Shown here: piece after piece, positions 12,661 through 24,503 of the stretch
How positions within the stretch are numbered: the first letter of the stretch is position 1
Layout of the letters: each line of letters starts with the position of its first letter
Assembly: GCF_001194135.2 (NCBI RefSeq)
Contig: NC_069005.1
Span: forward strand, 4,681,255 to 4,722,328
Source: Octopus bimaculoides
Taxonomy: Eukaryota
Length of the DNA stretch: 41,074 nt
Direction: 5' to 3'
Notes under the pieces: model-generated
Told to the model about the DNA's origin: nothing
The model's input: the letters and a program-made list of their open reading frames with translations, nothing else
Databases searched by the model: none
Program-made: the position numbers and the translations under genes

Positions 12661-13015
12661 ATATATAAAGTATTTTCTTCGAGTATCAGACGTGTGACCT
12701 TGGTGATGAAGTCAGTTTTGAAGCGTTCCGTTTCTCTACCCAGTGTTTGACTACTTCCAGGCCCAATGTTTGAGGTATTTTGGTATAAAAATATGTGACA
12801 TCGAAGCTTGTCCCTTCTGGGCTGGGACAGTGGGTGGAATGTGTTGGAAGAAATTTATGCCGTCCCGCATATAGCTGGGTATTAATGGGCGTAAAGGCTT
12901 TAGAGGTATATTCAAAAAATGACGCAGTTGTCATGTTGGTGCTTGAGGTCCAGCAAATATTGGTCTCAGCTTGAGGTCAGTAGGTCTTACTATTTTTATG
13001 TACTGGTTCCTATGC
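12661..13015 (-). mobile_element. Penelope-like element reverse transcriptase fragment (pseudogenised), running into an N-gap
   Basis: Translation DLKLRPIFAGPQAPT*QLRHFLNIPLKPL..IPSYMRDGINF / SFDVTYFYTKIPQTLGLEVVKHW / RFKTDFITKVTRLILEENT contains the PLE RT motifs RPI..GP, SYxRD and SFDV..LYT.IP, with frameshifts. Confidence 0.8.
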
Positions 13016-13049
13016 TCATTTATGGAAGTACAATAGAGCGTTATTGGTG

Positions 13050-13335
13050 TGTAAGTACAACGACTTTCTCGGGGACATTTTGGAAGTCGACGAAAATCAA
13101 CTGGGTGGTCTGTTCCGGAGGACAAAAATGTTCTGCACGCTCTCATCCAGTGCCCGAGCATTGTTCACTCGTGAGTTTATATCAAATACGTGCTGTTGCG
13201 TGTAGGATGGAACCGGCTATCGGCTGAGTCTATCATGGTGACCGTCACGTCGCCTTCCTCTGACCTGGTGGACTTATCGAAAGAGTTTGTGTAGTGGACC
13301 ATACTGAAAGGGCTGAAGAAAGACGGTTTCCTCTG
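13050..13335 (+). mobile_element. Decayed L1/Tx1-like LINE ORF2 C-terminal fragment (zinc-knuckle region)
   Basis: Translation includes VLHALIQCPSIVHS*VYIKYVLLRVG..RLSAESI, a remnant of the zf-RVT-like ET..H.L..CP motif, with stops and a deletion. Confidence 0.55.
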
Positions 13336-13338
13336 GCC

Positions 13339-13357
13339 ATCATCGTCATCATGGTTG

Positions 13358-13396
<39 letters not shown>

Positions 13397-13582
13397 CCAT
13401 CATAGTCGTCATCACCCCTATCATCATCGTCGTCATCGTCGTGGTCATCATCGTCGTCATCATCGTCGTCATCATCATCATCGTCTTCGTCGTCGTCGTC
13501 GCATTCGTCACCATCATCATCAGTAAATCATCATAGCCGTCATCGTCGTCGTCATCATCATAATCATCATCGTTATCATCAC
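13339..13582. repeat. (CAT/CGT)n compound microsatellite
   Basis: Directly visible. Confidence 0.9.
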
Positions 13583-14084
13583 TTCTACTTTGGACATCTG
13601 GGAACAAGCAATTCAATGGTAGAGGCTTTTCAGCGAATGTCCGGTTCTTTATTTATCGATTGCTAAAGGAGAAAATTTTAAAACTTTAACCTCCACCGGA
13701 TTCGAACTAAGAATCCAACGATCTTTTGTAAATATTCGATTCTCATTTGTGATTGTTAATTATATTTCGTTATAATGTGACAACCTTAATGAGGTTTTTA
13801 GCGTTTCTATTTAATTTCATTTTTTTTTTCCATTACTATTTCAAGTGTTTTTCTTTTCCGCTGCGTTTATTGCTGTCGTCATTGTTGTTGTTGCTGCTGT
13901 TGTTGTCGTTGTCGCTGTTTATAGAATTTGGGCGGTGATTTTGTTAATCACCGATACCTTTCAAACAATACGAGAAGTGCGGCATTGATGAAGAAGTCGT
14001 CAAATTAATTGGTGACGTTGTTAGTGCAACGAGGTCGTGTACTTTGAATACGTTGACGTCGGCGAAAATGGATAAGAACGACGA

Positions 14085-14408
14085 AAAAGAGAAAGCGAAT
14101 GAGGGAGATGTCGAAGAAGGGAAAGAAGAGATAGAAGGAGAGGAAGAATATATAGAAGAAGAAGGAGGAGGAGAAGAAGAAGAAGAAGAAGAAGAAGAAG
14201 AAGAAGAAGAAGAAGAAGAAGAAGAAGAAGAACTAAAAGAAGGAGGAGGACGAGGACGAGGGGGACGAGGAAGAGGAACAAAGAAGAATAATAGGAAGAA
14301 AGAAGAAGAAGAAGAAGAAGAAGAAGAAGAAGAAGAAGAAGAAAAAGAAGAAGAACTAAAAGAAGGAGGAGGACGAGGACGAGAAGGACGAGGAAGAGGA
14401 ACAAAGAA

Positions 14409-14439
<31 letters not shown>

Positions 14440-14665
14440 AAGAAGAAGAAGAAAAAGAAGAAGAACTAAAAGAAGGAGGGGACGAGGACGAGAAGGACGA
14501 GGAAGAGGAACAAAGAAGAAGAAGAAGAAGAAGAAGAAGAAGAAGAAGAAGAACAAGAACAAGAACAACAACAACAAGAAGAACAAGAAGAACAAGAAGA
14601 AGAACAAGAAGAAGAAGTGGGATGGGGGAAAAGATGAAGAAAAAGGCAAAGAAGAAGAACAACAA
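14085..14665 (+). repeat. Polypurine (GAA)n tract with three higher-order units of about 110-123 bp
   Basis: Unit aactaaaagaaggagg.ggacgaggacgag..ggacgaggaagaggaacaaagaa at 14231, 14354 and 14464, separated by variable (GAA)n. Confidence 0.9.
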
Positions 14666-15031
14666 CAACGTGGAAATGAAGTTCGCGGTTAATGAGAAAG
14701 TGGGGAGGAAAGAAAAGGAGGTGGAGAAAGGAAAGTGTGAGGGTGGGGGGCGTCGGTGAGGAAGTCGTGGATTGGGTGATTGGAAAATCTTGACTGATGA
14801 AGTAGAATGCTAAGTTGTTGATTCATTGGTGCGGGTCTTTCAGTTTTACCTGATTGCGAGACACCACCACCACTAATAATAATAATAATATTGGTGGTGC
14901 TGCTGTTGCTACTAGCGCTACCACTAAACCACATAGCCGCAAACGGAGGCAATTTCATAGTGGGTTAACCTGCTACGAATAATAATAGTAAAATATTGGT
15001 TTTCGAATTTAATGTTTAACTGTATGCCTGC

Positions 15032-15098
<67 letters not shown>

Positions 15099-15482
15099 CA
15101 TGTATTTTACATGGAAGGAGAAAGAAAAAAATACACATACACACACACACACATACAAACACACACACAGAGATAAATGATTGGAAGAATTACTCCTCAT
15201 AGTGAAGCTCCACAGTTATAGAGCCTACTTTTAGATCTTGGATAAATTTTTCCGAAATGACAGGAAGATCTTTTTAATAGTAAAGGTTTATGAAGACATT
15301 GGGTTTTTTTTTTTTTGTACACTTCTAATCGATTTTATATCAACTCCAATCAATAAACAATTTAATATACTATAGGTCTTAAAAAGGACTTTATTTGATC
15401 GAGAGCAGAAGAAAAAAAATCAAGATCAACTTTGTGTTTCATCTTTAAAGAGAACAATATAAATAAAGTACGACTTACTTAC

Positions 15483-15588
15483 GCTCCTACAAGTCTTCCC
15501 CCACAACGAATATAAAAACCCGAATGAAATGCCGTAAGCCCAATGACGAAATATATGCCATCCATAGCAATTCCTATGGACTTGTTTT
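15483..15588 (-). CDS. Candidate exon F (106 nt); frame ambiguous (NKSIGIAMDGIYFVIGLTAFHSGFYIRCGGRLVGA or KQVHRNCYGWHIFRHWAYGISFGFLYSLWGKTCRS)
   Basis: Acceptor aaatacaatataacag| and tandem donors |gtaa|gtaagt. GC island with two open frames. Confidence 0.4.
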
Positions 15589-15652
15589 CTGTTATATTGT
15601 ATTTAAACTACATTGTTCAACGTGTTCATTGCTTTGTTAAATTAATAGAGAG

Positions 15653-16250
15653 TGCAGTGAGCTGGCAGAATCGTTAGCACGTCGGGCGAAATGCTTAGCG
15701 GTATTTCGTCTGTCGTTACGTTCTGAGTTCAAATTCCGCCGAGGTCGACTTTGCCTCTCATCCTTTCGGGGTCGATTAAATAAGTACCAGTTACGCACTG
15801 GGGGTCGATATAATCGACTTAATCCATTTGTCTGTCCTTGTTTGTCTCCTCTATGTTTAGCCCCTTGTGGGCAATAGAGAAATAAGGTATTTCGTCTGTC
15901 TTTACGTTCTGAGTTCAAATTCCTCCAAGGTCTACTTTGCCTTTCCTCCTATCGGTGTGGATTCATTAAGTAACAGTTGCGTACTGGGGTCGATCTAATC
16001 GACTGCCCCCCCTCCCCCCAAATTTCGGGCTTCGTGTCTAGTGTAGAAAAGAATCGTTATCGTGACGGGAAAAGTGCTTAGCGGCATTTATTCCAACTCT
16101 CCTTTCGGTGTTCAAATTCCACAGAGGCTGATTTTGATTCTATCCTTTTATAATCGATGAAGTAAGTACCACTTAAATATTGAGGTCGATCTAATCGACT
16201 TACATTCTCACCCTGAAGTCGCTGACCTAGTATCAAAATTTGAAATCAAA
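15653..16250 (+). mobile_element. Tandem cluster of three tRNA-derived SINE family-1 copies (one full, two 5'-truncated)
   Basis: gagctggcagaatcgttagc...gagttcaaattccgccgaggtcgactttgcc...taagtaccag...ggggtcgat body repeated three times with different tails. Confidence 0.85.
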
Positions 16251-17283
16251 TTAATAGTATGTGACTCGGCAGATAACTGGCTGCTATTTCTAACAGATTT
16301 TCGATGTTCTTCAGATAAAATTCAGCCAAAGTTGAACAGATTATGATGTTACAATATCACATGACCGGATGAACAGAGACCTGCAACGAACAGAAACCGG
16401 TGTCGTCAACTTGCCGCTCGACGTGCTCAAGAGCAGAGACAGAACTGGTCTCATCGATATCGCAAACAACATCGGCCTACAATAATGCAACATCACCTGT
16501 CTAAAATTGCAAGAACTGAATTAAATAGATTTGACTATCATTTCTAGCATATATTATTACCACGCAGATTAAGACATACAACCAGGCTAGCTTTACTAGT
16601 CAAATATTTGCAATTCTTGGTTTTGTACAACAAAAAAATCCATTTTTGCCTATAACGTATTAGACAAACTCATGAAATCTGCAACACAAAAAAAAAGCCC
16701 TTCGTTTTCAATCTCATATAAAATACACGAGATTTGTAGCCGAAGCAATGAAAGCTATTATTACTATTAGAATGTCTACAATATTTATTATTGTGGCTGT
16801 TATTTATGTGTTTGTTGCGGACGATTCTTGTGTCGATGTTGGACTGTTTTCCAAGTTCCACATAATTGCTTAATCGATGCATCTTTTTCATTACATACAT
16901 CAGAATGGTTTATAGTGTGTGAGTATGTGTGTAGCTCAGTGTGTATCTAGGTGTATGTGTCCGTGTGTGTGTACGTGTATGCGTGGGTGTGTATGAAGGT
17001 GTATGTGTGCGAGTGATATTTTATTAGTCTATGGGCTTCTTTTAATATATTTAATCAATTATTTATACACCCTCTATATCTATACCCACACATACACACA
17101 CGCACACACACACACGCTCACACATACACACACTCATACGCACACACACACATATATATATATACCTACATATATGTATCTATCTATCTATCTATATATA
17201 TATATATATATATATATTCATATACACATAGGTATATACGTATCGTGGTATATATATGCTTATTTATATATATATGTCTTTCC

Positions 17284-17330
<47 letters not shown>

Positions 17331-17565
17331 NNNNNNNNNNNNNNNNNNNNNNNNNNNNNNNNNNNNNNNNNNNNNNNNNNNNNNNNNNNNNNNNNNNNNN
17401 NNNNNNNNNNNNNNNNNNNNNNNNNNNNNNNNNNNNNNNNNNNNNNNNNNNNNNNNNNNNNNNNNNNNNNNNNNNNNNNNNNNNNNNNNNNNNNNNNNNN
17501 NNNNNNNNNNNNNNNNNNNNNNNNNNNNNNNNNNNNNNNNNNNNNNNNNNNNNNNNNNNNNNNNN

Positions 17566-17611
<46 letters not shown>

Positions 17612-17984
17612 TATAGGCATATATATATATGCATATATATGTATATATGAAAACCATTTTCTTTTCTTCTTAGTTCTAGTGAAATGACTAAATAAACGTG
17701 AATAACTCGTAAATGTCAGTAAATTCAAATATATAGCAGAGAGAAAAAGCCAATTGATTAGCGGTACATAATTAGTATTTTATTGTTTGCTTCTTAAAAA
17801 AATATATATATTTGTAATTTATTTTCTAATTTATACATTTATTATTTCATGTCGACATAACCTTGGAAGCCATTTTGTTTGCTTACTGTCTATTTTTTAA
17901 AGGAAAAACTATTCATATTTTTAAATATTTATTTAATGTATTTGTTTATTGTTTGATAAGTAGTATGTTTATAAGTATTATTAT

Positions 17985-18007
17985 CATCATTATTATCATA
18001 ATTATTG

Positions 18008-18093
<86 letters not shown>
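17985..18093. repeat. Back-to-back (ATT)n-(AAT)n inverted microsatellite
   Basis: (att)n switches to (aat)n at about 18047, forming a self-complementary tract. Confidence 0.9.
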
Positions 18094-18094
<1 letters not shown>

Positions 18095-18204
18095 TTAGGG
18101 TAATTCTTTGGCAGATTCGTTACCGATTCCGCAAAATGGTTCGCAAAATTTCTTCTGTCTTTAAGGAAGAAATGCCACATTCAAATTATGCAGATATCGA
18201 CATA

Positions 18205-18745
18205 GCTGTTCATTGTATCGGGGTCAATGAATAGCCATTTTGGCACTTGGGTCGATGTAACTGACCAGACCTCCGGCAAAATTTCAGGACGTGTGCCTAT
18301 AGTAAAAAGGTTATTGTTATTATTTATTAAAGTGGTATATGGCAGCGAGCTAGCAGGATCGTTAGCAGGTGGGACAAAGCGCTTAACCGCATTTCTTCCG
18401 GACGAGTTCAGTTGGTAGAAGTTCTGAGTAACATGTGAGTTCTGAGTAGAAAATAAGTACTATTTGCGGAGTAATCGACCTAGCCTCTCGCACGAAATCG
18501 CTGAAATGCGTTTAAAGGGGAAATCGTTATTATTGATAAAGGCGGCAATCTTAGCACAATTGTTAGAAGCGTCGGACAAAAATAACTTTGGCTATGTATT
18601 TCTTTCGGTTGCTTGTATTCCTAGATCAAATCCCGCTTTTATCATTTCGAGATTGATAAACCAATGTAATAATGAATTACTGGGATCAAATCAAAGATAT
18701 TGAGCAACACGCTCCCCACAAAATTTCATCCTTGTGCCAACTGTA
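18205..18745 (+). mobile_element. Degenerate SINE family-1 cluster (2-3 copies)
   Basis: ggcagcgagctagcaggatcgttagc, gttctgag, aaatttcaggacgtgtgcc remnants. Confidence 0.6.
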
Positions 18746-19641
18746 GAAAGAATTATCATTATTATCATTTAATGTTTGACTTCTGCCTTGCATTTGTACA
18801 AGTTGGCTCCAAGTGTCACCCAGAAACTTCAAGAGAAAACAAGTTAGACGTTTATGTTGGTGTTATGGCTAGGGTGTCATATATTTGTATCTATATATGT
18901 GCATANNNNNNNNNNNNNNNNNNNNNNNNNNNNNNNNNNNNNNNNNNNNNNNNNNNNNNNNNNNNNNNNNNNNNNNNNNNNNNNNNNNNNNNNNNNNNNN
19001 NNNNNNNNNNNNNNNNNNNNNNNNNNNNNNNNNNNNNNNNNNNNNNNNNNNNNNNNNNNNNNNNNNNNNNNNNNNNNNNNNNNNNNNNNNNNNNNNNNNN
19101 NNNNNNNNNNNNNNNNNNNNNNNNNNNNNNNNNNNNNNNTATATATATATATATATATATTATATGAGTACATCCGCACACTCACACACACGCACACACC
19201 TATAAAGTAATACACATTTGCTTCAAAATACAATGCAATATTCGTACATCCTAAGACCTCTAGCTTCCCATACAGTGGAACCCCACCCCTTATGCAGACA
19301 GCTATTTACATTGTTCTAAAAAGACAGATATCACTGCAAAATTCAAAAACATAGAAAACACATAAACGCAGAAACAAACTTTAAAATATTATACAAACTC
19401 ACTAAAACTTGCCCAGTTACCACTGTAGCCTAGTAACACTTATTTAAACACTGTTAAACGGTGATACAGGTTAAACAAAAGGTTATTCTACATAAAATGT
19501 CTTTATCACTTAAAAACTATTAAACTCAAATTTTTCATCAGAGTGTAGAACTAACTCGATCTGTTTTGCTTGATTTAGATATTCTGTTAGGAGTTTTCAT
19601 ATGAGAGCTGTAAAAATATATCAATATTTTCTATAGCCTTA

Positions 19642-20145
19642 AGGTGGCGAGCTGGCAAAATTGTTTACCGGGCCACGGAAGACGCTAAGCAACATCTTGT
19701 CCGTCATTACATTCTGAGTTCAATTCCTAGGCGCCTTGAGAGTGCTTATTTCATCAGTTTTTACTTCTTATGTTCAAATTCCATGGAGGTCAGCTTTGCT
19801 TTTCGTCCTTTCGGCATCGGTGAAATAAGTGTCATTTGAGCACTGCGACCGATGTAATCAACCTGCCCACTACTCCGAAATTGCTGCCCTTGTGCCGAAA
19901 TTTGAAATAATATTTTCTCTTGCCTTAAGGAGGTGAGCTGGTAGAATCGTTAAACAAGCCGGGCAAAGTGTTTAACAGCATTTCGTCCGTCAGTACGTTA
20001 TGGGTTCGAATACCACCGAGGTTGACTTTGCCAGTTATCCCTCTCCGGGTCGATAAGATAAGTACAAGTGGAGCTGTGGGATCGATGTTATTGACCTATC
20101 TCCTCATTCGAAATTGCTGGCATTGTGCCGGAATTTGAAATCAAT
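19642..20145 (+). mobile_element. Tandem pair of SINE family-1 copies
   Basis: Two heads (aaggtggcgagctggcaaaattg at 19642 and aaggaggtgagctggtagaatcg at 19927), both ending aaattgctg..c.ttgtgcc.aatttgaaa. Confidence 0.85.
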
Positions 20146-20896
20146 ATTTTCGCTTCATTTCTAATCTATCACATTCTTTCTCCGTCGAGTTTTTATACCA
20201 AAATTTACATCCAAAATAGGTAGATCGCTCTATATATCAAAGCGACTTTAAAGAAGCAAAAATTCCCAGCGGAATGGAACCGAATTTGGGAAGATAGGGA
20301 AAATGGTTGAATGTTTATGCTAGATTCAACATTGAATTACATCCCCGGAAAATACGGTAGCCTAACGAAACAACTTCCAGTTCTTTATGACAGTCTGTTT
20401 TCCTTTTAAGGAATCTGTGTTATATCGCAGTTTTCCTTTAATTGATGTATGTTCACTGACATCTTTTGCTGCAAAGTACCTTGAGCAAGTTTCTCCCCGT
20501 ATCCCAGATCAAGAAATGCCACAGGAATGCATTTGGCAGAAAGGAATTTTTGCGGAATGACATGGTGTGTGTCTGTGTGTGTGTCTATGTGTGTGTGTCT
20601 ATGTGTGTGTGTGTCTATGTGTGTGTATTTATGTGTGTGTGTGTGAAGAATATGAGGGTTTTAATTCACTTGTGATCTAAATCAATAGGTACGCTAAGTG
20701 AGTGCCTTATATATATATATATNNNNNNNNNNATATATATGTATGTATGTATACATAAGTATGCATATATATATATACATGTATATATATATACATTTAT
20801 ATACTTAAATAAAGCTGTATTGTTACCGTTATTAATGATAATAAGGTGGTTAGAAAGCTGACGCCGTTGAAGGAAAAATATAAGTTAAATTCAGAG

Positions 20897-20978
20897 TCAG
20901 TTGGGCATTTAAATACCACTTGCTACAATGGGAGCCATGGCTCCGATTATACCAAGTGGTTTTTAAATGCCCTACTGA
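20897..20978. repeat. 82-nt loopless fold-back palindrome (probable mini-MITE)
   Basis: 41-nt arms with 36/41 matches, centred on GGAGCCA|TGGCTCC; ends resemble CAGT..GGGC TIRs. Confidence 0.75.
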
Positions 20979-21389
20979 ATATATCTATGCATTTTTCTAT
21001 ATGTATATCTAATAACTGATATAAATGAAGTATGATTTTCTACACTGTCATTAATTTATTCATATATTCTCGACTTTAAATTACTTCGCCGTCAAAGAGT
21101 CATATGTCTACATTGCTTTCAGATGTTTTATGTTTGGATAGTGTATTTTCGTTTTTGCGTCTTATTTCAAACGTGAGACTGTTAACTTACTACGATAGCA
21201 GCACATCCTTCAAGAATTTAAACGATCATAAAGTCCCCAGAACCTATCTTAAATCTATCTCTTATTCCATATTCTCATCTCGTTTTAGCCGACGAACCGA
21301 TGGGCGCCGGAGAGTTAGACAAGCAAAAGCCGTTTACCGATTTTCGAGAGACAAATATGAATATAATAATCATAAGAGACTTCAACAAT

Positions 21390-21437
<48 letters not shown>

Positions 21438-21469
21438 TAATGTTTTCAAATTTTGCCACAAGTGCAGCA

Positions 21470-21578
21470 GTTTGGGGAGAGGGGATGAGTCGATTACATT
21501 GACCCCAGTTTTCCACTGTTACCTCTTGTATTGACCCCAAAAGAATGAAAGGGAAAGTCTTGCCCGGTGGAATTTGAA
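21470..21578 (-). mobile_element. SINE family-1 fragment, inverted
   Basis: Reverse complement of the body (gtcgattacattgacccc...gaatgaaagg.aaagt...ggtggaatttgaac). Confidence 0.65.
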
Positions 21579-22340
21579 CAGTTATAATAATAATAATTAT
21601 AATTATATTACAACAACTTGCTGGGTTACTCTAATTCCTTTCCTTATCTAGGTTTACTACTCACTTTAAGCACTCCTCGCTGTACCAAATTCTTTATCTA
21701 TCTCACCACCTTAGTGCCTTTTCAAGCATATCCTCCAACTCCACCTTCTCACACATTCTCCTTACTTACATTCTTTATCATCCCCTATTCCTTTTATCTA
21801 CTGATAGCTCTCCTCTTACCACCCCTTCACAATATCTTGACCAGCATCTAGCACTCTTCTTTTTCATTTTCTCTCCTCCTGTCATCTTACACCCCTAATT
21901 CTTTTGACCTATAGTATTTTATCTGATTTCTAACATACTTATCTATTCTCTTCTCTCTATCTACTTCCCCTACCATAATATTCTCAAATTTTCATTCACA
22001 CAATCAGATCCTTTTAAATGAACGACACATCCGTAGCACCTACATAGCCTTACCTGCCTTTTGGGCTTTCTAGATACCAAAATCACTCTGTCTCTCTCTC
22101 TCACATGCACATACATATATATATATATATTCAAACACACACACGTATGTATGTACGTGCGTTTCGTGTGTATGCATGCATGAATGTATTTATTTATTTA
22201 TTTATGTATATATGTATTTATCTATGTATATGCAATATGGTAGCATACTAGACAACACAGTACATTGCGGTGAATTATTTTAGAAAATGTATCATTTGAG
22301 TGATATAAAGTAAGAAGATAGATAGATGGATGGATGGATG

Positions 22341-22415
<75 letters not shown>

Positions 22416-23388
22416 GGATGGATAGATAGATAGATGCAACACAGCTGTGATTTCTCATGATCTGAAACATGCTGTCCCATTTTCTACCGTCTTCACACTG
22501 GATTTCCATATCCACAACAAAGTGTTTGATTTACGTGTACTCCATCTCTTGTCCGAAGTTCTGGTCATCTAATGACATTGATGTCAGCTCGTTTATCATC
22601 ACCATTATTGGTAGAATTAGAATGGCCGCTAATCTTTTGCTGTTGGCTTAGATTTTCACTTTAGTTTCTCCGAAATTCAATCAAATACACCTGAGAATAT
22701 ATTGATGCTGCTGTGAAGACAGATTTACAATCTTTCCAATAGCCATGGTCAGCAAAAACAAGTTGTCGTCTTTCGTTTTTGTTCGTAGGTGTAAAAATAG
22801 TGATCAACAACGAGTATTGCCTTCACAAACCAATCCCGAATTTCAATAATCTTCCATCTTATTTTATTTTATTTTTTCTCCCTGGAATATAAAATTGTTG
22901 GATACCATACTTATTGTGATTTTCTTTATAGAAAATATCCAATGTCTTAAGGGCAAAAGCATCAGTTCTTGCTCTGACACCTTGCAGTCTCGCGGATTTT
23001 AAATCTTATCAGGTTTGTTGTTGGTGATGGTTTTGTTATTGATGTTGTTCTTCTTCTACTTCGTGTTTTTTCAATTTAATTTGACTAACAAATATAATCA
23101 TGACTTTTAGCCTTTAAATTGTACTTGTCTCACTCATTGGACTGCGGTCATGCTGGGGCATCAACTTTAAGTGTTTCCACGTCCAAATCAAGCCGCCAGG
23201 TTGCGTGAGAATAAACACCGGTTCTCAAGCGGTGGATAGGAAAAAAGCACAATCTCAGTAACACACCTACATCCAATTACACACACACACACACATACAG
23301 ATATTTATATATATATATATAAAGATCCACGGCTCCTTCATTGGAATTTCAACATCAACAACAAGATATTATTTTTTGTATGTATGTA

Positions 23389-23431
<43 letters not shown>

Positions 23432-23859
23432 TTAAGGAATGGAGAAAACGCATGTTATAATTGCATTGGTTTCTATTAACCCATTTGNNNNNNNNNNNNN
23501 NNNNNNNNNNNNNNNNNNNNNNNNNNNNNNNNNNNNNNNNNNNNNNNNNNNNNNNNNNNNNNNNNNNNNNNNNNNNNNNNNNNNNNNNNNNNNNNNNNNN
23601 NNNNNNNNNNNNNNNNNNNNNNNNNNNNNNNNNNNNNNNNNNNNNNNNNNNNNNNNNNNNNNNNNNNNNNNNNNNNNNNNNNNNNNNNNNNNNNNNNNNN
23701 NNNNNNNNNNNNNNNNNNNNNNNNNNNNNNNNNNNGTATGTATGTATGTATGTATGTATGTATGTATGTATGTATGAATGTATATACGCATGCATGTGTG
23801 TATTTATGTATGTGTAGATTTGTATGTTTTACGTATGTATTCTCATGCATATAATTGCA

Positions 23860-23985
23860 TTTATACGACGGGCCTTCTTCAGTTTCCGTCAATCAAATTC
23901 ACTTTGGTCGGTCTGTGTCTATGATAGAAGGCACTTGCTCGAGGTACCCCGCATTGGGACTGAACCTGTAGCCATTCTATTACAA
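23860..23985 (-). mobile_element. SINE family-2 fragment
   Basis: atacgacgggccttcttcagtttccgtc...gggactgaacctg. Confidence 0.7.
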
Positions 23986-24377
23986 AGCAACCCTTATTTT
24001 GTCTTCTAAGTTCCACTTCGGTGTCTGCGATGAAACGGATCCCTTTTCTTTTCTTGCAATTATTTAAGACATACAATGGGTTCGTCTAAAATATTTTAGC
24101 GTTGCCCAGTAACATCTTCTTAATAGGGAGCTGATCAATCGTTCTAACTGACGTGGTTCTATGGCCCTTGACTCTGCAGGCACCACATTGCCTTTTTCTA
24201 AACGTTCAATCATTTTATTATATCAAATTACCATCAGCCCATTCAACGACTAAGAGTTTGCCGGGTCATGTAGTGGCCATTTCTTGGACAGCATTTTTCT
24301 TTAATTAATATTAATCGTAATAAAATATTATTTTATTAATCATAAAACATCAACATCATTATTAATGACTGTAAATT

Positions 24378-24408
<31 letters not shown>

Positions 24409-24416
24409 CCTCCACC

Positions 24417-24466
<50 letters not shown>

Positions 24467-24503
24467 TCTTCTTCTCATTATTATTATTATTATTGCTATT
24501 ATT

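Noticed and set aside
14231-14520. Regularly spaced direct repeats resembling a CRISPR array
   Set aside because: The spacers are GAA microsatellite, the context is eukaryotic, and there are no cas genes.
14021-14668. Poly-E/K (141 aa) and poly-L/S (215 aa) ORFs
   Set aside because: Products of the GAA tract; no splice or start context and no domain.
14850-14969. Minus-strand exon-like segment with a hydrophobic stretch
   Set aside because: The hydrophobic frame is preceded by an in-frame stop and derives largely from (AAT)/(CAC) repeats.
16298-16315. CTGAAGA...GAAA on the minus strand
   Set aside because: Only 5 nt between the core halves, with no stem II; a chance match.
16380-16500. RQLAARRAQEQRQ peptide reminiscent of Helitron STPR-like repeats
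   Set aside because: Too short and low-complexity; no Rep/helicase sequence or Helitron termini seen.
16748-16873. 41-aa plus-strand ORF with a signal-peptide-like N-terminus
   Set aside because: Short hydrophobic ORFs are expected by chance in AT-rich DNA; no supporting signals.
21610-22075. Purine-biased minus strand suggesting an old LINE
   Set aside because: No recognisable motif could be recovered by manual translation.
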